Positions 57,900-64,000 of a DNA stretch of 64,000 nucleotides are shown piece after piece. Numbering within the stretch: position 1 is the first letter of the stretch; every line of letters starts with the position of its first letter. Source of the DNA: Candidatus Uhrbacteria bacterium (GTDB lineage Bacteria > Patescibacteriota > Patescibacteriia > UBA9934 > GWF2-40-263). Made by a program: the position numbers and the translations under genes. Location: positions 5,498 to 69,497 of the forward strand of contig JACPHU010000013.1 in the NCBI GenBank assembly GCA_016188495.1, in the 5' to 3' direction. The notes under the pieces were generated by a model. That model had not been told where the DNA came from, ran no database searches, and worked only from the letters and a program-made list of their open reading frames with translations.

Positions 57900-57966
57900 T
57901 TTCTATTTGTCAACCTGTGGAAAACTTCATTTTTTGCTATAATACGTTCTAATTATTGGCTATTTT

Positions 57967-58779
57967 ATGATCCATGAGTTATTTGGGGTAAAGGTTGATG
58001 ATCTTTCCTTTGCGGACCTGCAGGCTTTGTTCCAGTCATGGATTCAGTCTGATTCAGGTCATATTATCGTGACACCTAACGCAGAATTTCTTCTGATTGC
58101 CAGAAAAGACAGTGATTTTAAACGTCTTTTAAATAAAAGCGATCTTGCGTTAGCGGATTCTGTGAGTCTGCGTTATGCCGTCGCTGCTCTTACGCCTCGT
58201 AATCTTCTGTACCGATATCCGGGAGTAGATGTATTAGATTACCTGTGTCATTTATCCCAAAAAGAAAACGTTCGAACATTGTTTGTCGGAGGCAATCCCG
58301 GGGCTGCGCTTGGTGCTGCTGTAAAGATGAGGGAGCGTTTTCCCGATCTAGATGTTCAAGCGATTGACCCCGGCATTATTCCATTGAGAGAGAAAGACGT
58401 TTTGGTTCCTCAAGAGTTTATTGAACAAATAAACGTTCTGAAGCCTACGATCGTTGCAGTAGGACTTGGACAAGTAAAGCAAGAGCGTTTCATGTTTCAG
58501 CTTAAAGAGCTGTGTCCTTCCGTACGCATTTGGATTGGTGTAGGTGGAGCCTTTGAAATGATTTCTTCCCAAAAGCCGCGTGCTCCAAAGTATGTTTCTC
58601 AAGTAGGTTTTGAATGGTTATGGCGGCTTTTCATTGAGCCAAAACGTTGGCGCCGTATCATGAACGCCGTTGTTGTCTTTCCAAGTCTTGTTGTCTACAG
58701 TACCCTACGGTCAGGAACTTTTATTCAGGCCTTTTTACGTGTCTTTTCAGAAATATGGAAACAAATTCGTCAGGTATGA
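57967..58779 (+). CDS. WecB/TagA/CpsF-family glycosyltransferase
   Basis: VTPNAE, RYPGVD, VGLGQVKQE, GVGGAF, RAP and GFEWLWRL..EPKR. Confidence 0.9.
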   Translation: MIHELFGVKVDDLSFADLQALFQSWIQSDSGHIIVTPNAEFLLIARKDSDFKRLLNKSDLALADSVSLRYAVAALTPRNLLYRYPGVDVLDYLCHLSQKENVRTLFVGGNPGAALGAAVKMRERFPDLDVQAIDPGIIPLREKDVLVPQEFIEQINVLKPTIVAVGLGQVKQERFMFQLKELCPSVRIWIGVGGAFEMISSQKPRAPKYVSQVGFEWLWRLFIEPKRWRRIMNAVVVFPSLVVYSTLRSGTFIQAFLRVFSEIWKQIRQV

Positions 58780-60242
58780 CTATTAAAACTCGTTTCGCCC
58801 CTTCACCAACCGGTTATCTTCATGTCGGATCTCTCCGAACAGCTTTATATAGCTATTTGTTTGCCAAAAAACACAACGGTGTTTTTCTTATTCGGATTGA
58901 AGACACAGATCGCGAACGTTATGTTGAAGGCTCTGTTGAAGCCCTTATTCATGTTCTTAATAAGGTCGGGTTAACTTATGATGAAGGTCCTGTTTTACAA
59001 GATGGACACTTAACTGAAAAAGGGGATTACGGACCTTATACTCAATCAAAACGTTTGGAGATTTATCAACAATATGCCCAGCAACTTTTAGAACAAGGCA
59101 GTGCGTATCGTTGTTTTTGTTCAAAGGAACGTTTAGAAAAATTGCGTTCTGATCAGCAGCTTGCCAAACTTCCTACAAAATACGATCGAACCTGTGTTGG
59201 ATTAGACTCAAAAGAAATTCAAACTCGTCTAGACAAGCAAGAACCCTTCGTCATTCGTTTGATGATTCCAGAAGGGGAGACTACGTTTAAAGACGAAATT
59301 CGTGGAATGATTACGATTCAAAATAGTGAAATAGACGATCAGGTTCTTTTAAAAACGGATGGATTTCCAACCTATCATCTAGCTGTTGTGATTGATGACC
59401 ATCTCATGGGAATTACTCATGTTATTCGTGCCGAAGAATGGATTTCTAGCGCTCCAAAACATGTTTTGCTTTATAAGCTTTTTGGATTTCCTTTGCCGTC
59501 TTTCGCCCATCTTCCTCTTATTTTAAATCCGGATAAATCAAAACTTTCAAAACGACAGGGAGATGTAGCGGTTGAGGATTATCTTAAAAAAGGCTATCTC
59601 CCAGAAGCCCTCATTAATTTTGTGGCTCTTTTGGGATTTAACCCTTCGGGAGACAGAGAAATTTATCGCATGGCTGAATTGATTGACTCTTTTGATTTGA
59701 CTCGTGTGAATAAAAGCGGAGCCGTTTTTGATCTTACGAAGTTGAATTGGATGAATAAGCAATATATCCGTTCGATAGAACCAAAAAGACTCATGGATCT
59801 TGCCGCACCGTTTTTTGATGAAACGCTGAATTTTTCTCTTGATCAAAAAGAAAGAATTCTTGAAGTAGAAAAAGAGCGTCTGACAACATTGCAAGATCTT
59901 TCTCCACAGACGCACGTTTACCATACCATTCCTGAATTTGATAAAGAATTACTTATTTGGAAAAAAGCAGATCAACAAGATGCCCTTCATCATTTACAAC
60001 AACTGGAAATGACGTTTCGCAATGCCGATGAACACATTTTTACTGACCGGGCATTGATCGAAGACCTCATAAAGAAGTATATTGAAGTAAACCAATATCA
60101 GAACGGAAACGTGCTGTGGCCATTGCGGGTCGCCTTATCAGGTCAAGCACAATCAGCAGGACCATTTGAATTAGTCTGGGTTCTAGGAAAGAAAGAATCG
60201 ATGAAACGCGTTCAACAAGCGATCGAAAAAATACTCTCATGA
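58776..60242 (+). CDS. gltX: Glutamate--tRNA ligase
   Basis: RFAPSPTG.LHVG, RIEDTD and KLSKR; ATGA-coupled start at 58776. Confidence 0.97.
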   Translation: MTIKTRFAPSPTGYLHVGSLRTALYSYLFAKKHNGVFLIRIEDTDRERYVEGSVEALIHVLNKVGLTYDEGPVLQDGHLTEKGDYGPYTQSKRLEIYQQYAQQLLEQGSAYRCFCSKERLEKLRSDQQLAKLPTKYDRTCVGLDSKEIQTRLDKQEPFVIRLMIPEGETTFKDEIRGMITIQNSEIDDQVLLKTDGFPTYHLAVVIDDHLMGITHVIRAEEWISSAPKHVLLYKLFGFPLPSFAHLPLILNPDKSKLSKRQGDVAVEDYLKKGYLPEALINFVALLGFNPSGDREIYRMAELIDSFDLTRVNKSGAVFDLTKLNWMNKQYIRSIEPKRLMDLAAPFFDETLNFSLDQKERILEVEKERLTTLQDLSPQTHVYHTIPEFDKELLIWKKADQQDALHHLQQLEMTFRNADEHIFTDRALIEDLIKKYIEVNQYQNGNVLWPLRVALSGQAQSAGPFELVWVLGKKESMKRVQQAIEKILS

Positions 60243-61438
60243 AATATTTAAGATTTTTTACAGGGATTTTCATTCTTTCCGTTCTCTTGTTTGGAGGGAT
60301 GAATTTTGTTTTGGCACAGACAAGCGTTTCAGATGATATTAATGTTCTTAATCAAGAAATTGAGTTTAAGCAGCGTTCTATCGATCAGTTAAATCGTCAG
60401 ATTGAAGAATATCGAAAAAAAATAGAACAGAAACAAGCGCAATCGAGTTCGTTGCTTAATGAAATTGATCTCATTGAAAACCGCATTGCCAAAACCAAAC
60501 TTGATATTGAATCCGCGCAATCTCAAATTGATTTAGTGAATACTCAAATTGCTCTTATCGAGCGTGAAATTCATGAACTAGAACAAACGCTTGAAAAAGA
60601 CCGAGAATTAATTTCTACCATCCTTCTAGAAGTTCAGATTCAGGATCATTCTCTTCCATTCCAGCTTCTGTTTAGTACAGATTCTTTTTCAGAATTTTTT
60701 GATGATCTAGAGCATCTTGAGTCTTTAAGTACGGATTTAAAAAAAGCGGTTGATACGGCTCGTTCTTCAAAAGAAGAATATCTTAATAAAAGAGAAAATG
60801 AACAGGGGAAAAAAGATCAGCTTGTTTCCTTAAGCCTGTTACTAGAAAAAGAACAACGGCACCTTAATGAAGTCGTTGGGGCAAAAGAAACACTTTTAAG
60901 TACAACCCAAGCTTCAGAATCTGCGTTTAAGGCACTGTTGAGTGATGTAAAACAAGAGCAGACGTATGTAAATCAGCAAATTGCCATTCTTCAAGATGAA
61001 ATAGAAGGCAAGTTAAACGAACATGATTCAATAGGGGATAGCTCTGTGCTTTCTTGGCCATTGGATCCAACAGTAAGAGGTATTTCAACGTATTTTCATG
61101 ATCCAACGTATCCATTTAGAAATTTATTTGAGCATTCAGGTCTTGATCTTCCAGCACCTACAGGAACACCTGTAGGTTCAGCGGCACCAGGATATGTTGC
61201 GTGGACAAAAGTAGGGAGTTTATATGGAAATTACGTCATGGTAATTCATTCCAACGGTTTTGCGACACTTTACGCCCATCTTTCACGCATTGATGTGGTT
61301 CCGGATCAGTTTGTTGCACGTGGGGATCAAATAGGGGCCGTGGGCAGTACGGGATTTTCAACAGGGCCTCACCTTCATTTTGAAGTTCGAAAAAATGGTA
61401 TCCCAACAGATCCGATTACTCATCTCATATCATATTAG
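60239..61438 (+). CDS. Coiled-coil M23 peptidase (EnvC/CwlO-like)
   Basis: Long coiled coil; HSGLD, YGN, YAHL and STGPHLHFE. Confidence 0.9.
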   Translation: MKYLRFFTGIFILSVLLFGGMNFVLAQTSVSDDINVLNQEIEFKQRSIDQLNRQIEEYRKKIEQKQAQSSSLLNEIDLIENRIAKTKLDIESAQSQIDLVNTQIALIEREIHELEQTLEKDRELISTILLEVQIQDHSLPFQLLFSTDSFSEFFDDLEHLESLSTDLKKAVDTARSSKEEYLNKRENEQGKKDQLVSLSLLLEKEQRHLNEVVGAKETLLSTTQASESAFKALLSDVKQEQTYVNQQIAILQDEIEGKLNEHDSIGDSSVLSWPLDPTVRGISTYFHDPTYPFRNLFEHSGLDLPAPTGTPVGSAAPGYVAWTKVGSLYGNYVMVIHSNGFATLYAHLSRIDVVPDQFVARGDQIGAVGSTGFSTGPHLHFEVRKNGIPTDPITHLISY

Positions 61439-61441
61439 CGT

Positions 61442-61645
61442 ATGACGCTTGTTCTCATATTAAAAATTTTTGGTTGGTTCTTTACTCTTGTTCCGCTCGT
61501 AACTTTTTTTGCGATCAGTATTACCATGATTAAAGGAGCTGGAGAAGATGATCCATCAGTTCAATCATTGTCATTGATTGGATTAACGATTTTCCTTATG
61601 GGGATCATAACACTGCTCATTACGTATCTTACCGATCTGTTCTAA
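61442..61645 (+). CDS. Small two-TM hypothetical protein
   Basis: 67-aa ORF starting 3 nt after the M23 gene; two hydrophobic helices. Confidence 0.6.
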   Translation: MTLVLILKIFGWFFTLVPLVTFFAISITMIKGAGEDDPSVQSLSLIGLTIFLMGIITLLITYLTDLF

Positions 61646-61798
61646 AGTAAAGATTATTAGTAGAACAAAAAAGAGGGTGTTGTAGTATAGTGTGGGGAAG
61701 AATAAAGCAATCTGTTGTGTCGTACAATATACCTTATACGACATTAGGCTTATAAACCTCTTTAAAAACTAGTACGTTTGTAGCGTTGGGTTGAAGTC

Positions 61799-62632
61799 CT
61801 ATTTAAAATAAACCCTATCCCCAAAACGTAGATCGATGTATTCTAGACGATCAAGATTGGCTGCTTGGTCATCTAGAATGATTTCAAGGTTACGATATTG
61901 AGTTTCAATATTACCTCCAGTGTCAAAGAGGATTCCAAATCCATTCGTTGTGACCACCTGCATCCACTTCCCTGCCAGACGATCAATTTCAATGTGTGTA
62001 TAGGTGAGGCTTCTTTTTGCAAGAAATTCCAAAAAAAGGAAGGTATGAGTAATCTCTTCTGTTTTGAGTACTTGAGAACCAATAGTAACGGAAGCATTAT
62101 TTTTATCTTTAAAATGAGGGAGGTCTTCTGATGGAAGCGTACTCTCTTTTTCTTGTTCACGAACAATAATCCCCTCAAGATCTACGACGTAGCTCTTCCC
62201 TGCTGTTTCCCAAATGAGATTGGAAGTTCTCTCTTCTAATAAAAGTGTGAGTGTTTTTTTGTTTACATTTATGGAGATCGAGGCAAGAGAAAACTGTTTC
62301 ATGATCAAATTTTCTAAATCTTCTGTTGAAAAAAGAAACGTATTTGAAGTGGAGAAAAAGAAAAAAACAGGTGTTTGTAGATATTCAGTAATGGTTTTTT
62401 CTAAATTTGTTCTATCGACATATTCTATTCCCTGTATTTCAACTCTATTAATTAAAAAAGTGTTGCTTCTCAAAAAGTAGAGGCTCATTCCTCCTATGAA
62501 CGAGATGCAGGAAACAACGATCAAAATTGATTTCCAAGGAAGAGACCTTTTCTCCTGTAAATGAGGGTTCTTATAGTTTCGAGAACGATACGTCCTTTGT
62601 TGAGTTTTTTTAAAAAAATCTCTTCGAGACAT
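61799..62632 (-). CDS. ftsQ: Cell division protein FtsQ/DivIB-like
   Basis: Basic N-terminal tail, TM segment, POTRA-like region (F.I..V.I.G), ER and YIDLRFGDRVY. Confidence 0.8.
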   Translation of the reverse strand: MSRRDFFKKTQQRTYRSRNYKNPHLQEKRSLPWKSILIVVSCISFIGGMSLYFLRSNTFLINRVEIQGIEYVDRTNLEKTITEYLQTPVFFFFSTSNTFLFSTEDLENLIMKQFSLASISINVNKKTLTLLLEERTSNLIWETAGKSYVVDLEGIIVREQEKESTLPSEDLPHFKDKNNASVTIGSQVLKTEEITHTFLFLEFLAKRSLTYTHIEIDRLAGKWMQVVTTNGFGILFDTGGNIETQYRNLEIILDDQAANLDRLEYIDLRFGDRVYFK

Positions 62633-62635
62633 ACG

Positions 62636-63778
62636 TTAAGCAATAACGATTCTGGGTAAAAGAGGATTAATACGCGTGACAACTTCATAGGAAATCGTCT
62701 CTATTTTAGCAGCAATATCATCAGAAGAAATCTTTTGCCGTCCATCTGTCCCTAATAAGATGACCTCCTCTTCTTTTTCTGGTTGTGGAACCTGTGACAC
62801 ATCCACCATCATCATGTTCATGCAGATACGACCAAGAACTTTACAACGATATCCTTTTATCAGTACTTCTCCTATAGAAGAGAGCGCACGATCGTATCCA
62901 TCCCAATACCCAATAGGAAGAACGGCAACACGACCATTTCGTTTCATTGTTTCCGTAAGCCCGTAACCTATGGGGGTGCCCATGCGCAATGATTTGATTT
63001 GAGCTATTCGTGTTTTCCAGGTAAGGACGGGTTGCAAGTCGCAAGAAAAACCTTGGTTTCTTACCGTGTGTTCAACCAGTTCAGAAGGCCATATTCCATA
63101 GAGAGAAATCCCTGCTCGGACCAAAGTTTGATGTGTTTGCGGGTAAAGAATCATTGCTGCTGAACACGCGCAGTGTCTCCAGACAGGATCGATTCCATAG
63201 CGCTCTAATTGCGAAATACTTTCTTGAAAGAGAGCAAATTGGGAACCGGCGTACTCTGGATCGGATGTATCTTCAATATTAGCAAAGTGTGTTGAAACTC
63301 CCATGACTTTTACCGCTTCTGATCGTTGAAGAATTCGGATGATATCTTCTAAATCTTCTACAAGGATTCCTTGACGAGAAGTACCTGTTTCTATTTTAAG
63401 ATGTATAGGAAATGGTCGTGCCGAAGCTTTTCCTATGCACTGAGCTTGTTCAATCCCCTCTTTGTCATAGAGCGTTAAGTGGATATTGGCCCTGAGAGCG
63501 TCTTTAAACCTATCAAAGAGCGTGTAACCCAAAACAAGAATCAAAGCGCTTGGAAAATATTCTCGAAGCGTCAGCGCATCATCAATGTCGTCAACGGCAA
63601 AAGCATCGACACCTGAACGGGATGCAATTTGGGTTATTTCTTTTAATCCGTGTCCGTAAGCATTTCCTTTTACTACCGCACAAAAACGAGCGTTGGAATC
63701 AAGCAATGTATTGAGTGACTTAATATTGTTCGTTAAAGCTCGTTCACTGAGTTCGACCCATGTTCGATAGCGTTGCAT
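62636..63778 (-). CDS. alr: Alanine racemase
   Basis: AVVKGNAYGHG, HLKIETG..R.G, THF, GYWDG and GRICMN. Confidence 0.95.
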   Translation of the reverse strand: MQRYRTWVELSERALTNNIKSLNTLLDSNARFCAVVKGNAYGHGLKEITQIASRSGVDAFAVDDIDDALTLREYFPSALILVLGYTLFDRFKDALRANIHLTLYDKEGIEQAQCIGKASARPFPIHLKIETGTSRQGILVEDLEDIIRILQRSEAVKVMGVSTHFANIEDTSDPEYAGSQFALFQESISQLERYGIDPVWRHCACSAAMILYPQTHQTLVRAGISLYGIWPSELVEHTVRNQGFSCDLQPVLTWKTRIAQIKSLRMGTPIGYGLTETMKRNGRVAVLPIGYWDGYDRALSSIGEVLIKGYRCKVLGRICMNMMMVDVSQVPQPEKEEEVILLGTDGRQKISSDDIAAKIETISYEVVTRINPLLPRIVIA

Positions 63779-63999
63779 GTGATGAAGTAGTTTAAAATAT
63801 CTTTATTGGCTGAAAGAATTTCATAATGAACAACTTCAGCAAAAGTCGTCCACACAGAGGAATAAGCCTTTTCAGGTTCAAGAATCACATCCCCCTGCCC
63901 TACATAACAATGGAAACAATGTAGATGAACACGCAAAATTTTTTCTTCAAGATCCCAGTCATGTTGATGAAGAAGAAAAAAAGTAGTGTGTAAAACTGA
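63733..63999 (-). CDS. C-terminal part of a gene entering from the window end (possibly a Nudix hydrolase)
   Basis: Frame is open to the edge (..LHQHDWD..RVHLHCFHCYVGQGDVILEPEKAYSSVW..ILSANKDIL); the Nudix call rests only on the general look of the tail. Confidence 0.4.
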   Translation of the reverse strand, partial: SVLHTTFFLLHQHDWDLEEKILRVHLHCFHCYVGQGDVILEPEKAYSSVWTTFAEVVHYEILSANKDILNYFITCNAIEHGSNSVNEL

Positions 64000-64000
64000 C

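Overview
A 64-kb chromosomal segment that looks like a Patescibacteria/CPR genome, possibly Uhrbacteria-like. This is inferred from a compact AlaRS, an RpoA without its CTD, a PriA lacking helicase motifs, a SecD carrying a parvulin insert, an orphan VirD4-like ATPase and many apparently leaderless genes; the code is standard code 11. Most of the window is housekeeping: folD, glyA, murC/murB, hpf, secA, secDF, uppP, mnmA, era, alaS, the infA-rpmJ-rpsMKD-rpoA-rplQ-rplM-rpsI block, a flippase/GT/O-antigen-ligase cluster, fmt/def, priA, CIRCE-regulated clpB, gltX, ftsQ and alr. SD-led accessory genes are interspersed. No rRNA, tRNA, CRISPR array, transposase or integrase was recognised. Three signals stand out: (1) two ~130-nt hairpin elements (9944-10075 and 30431-30559) sharing invariant core motifs, many compensatory base changes, a conserved internal 12-bp palindrome and the same placement just after a stop codon, a candidate undescribed structured RNA/ssDNA family; (2) a nested cluster of palindromic micro-elements with short target duplications at 2576-2758; (3) an accessory island with a LOG-family gene, two coupled paralogous radical-SAM genes and a HisA-like gene.
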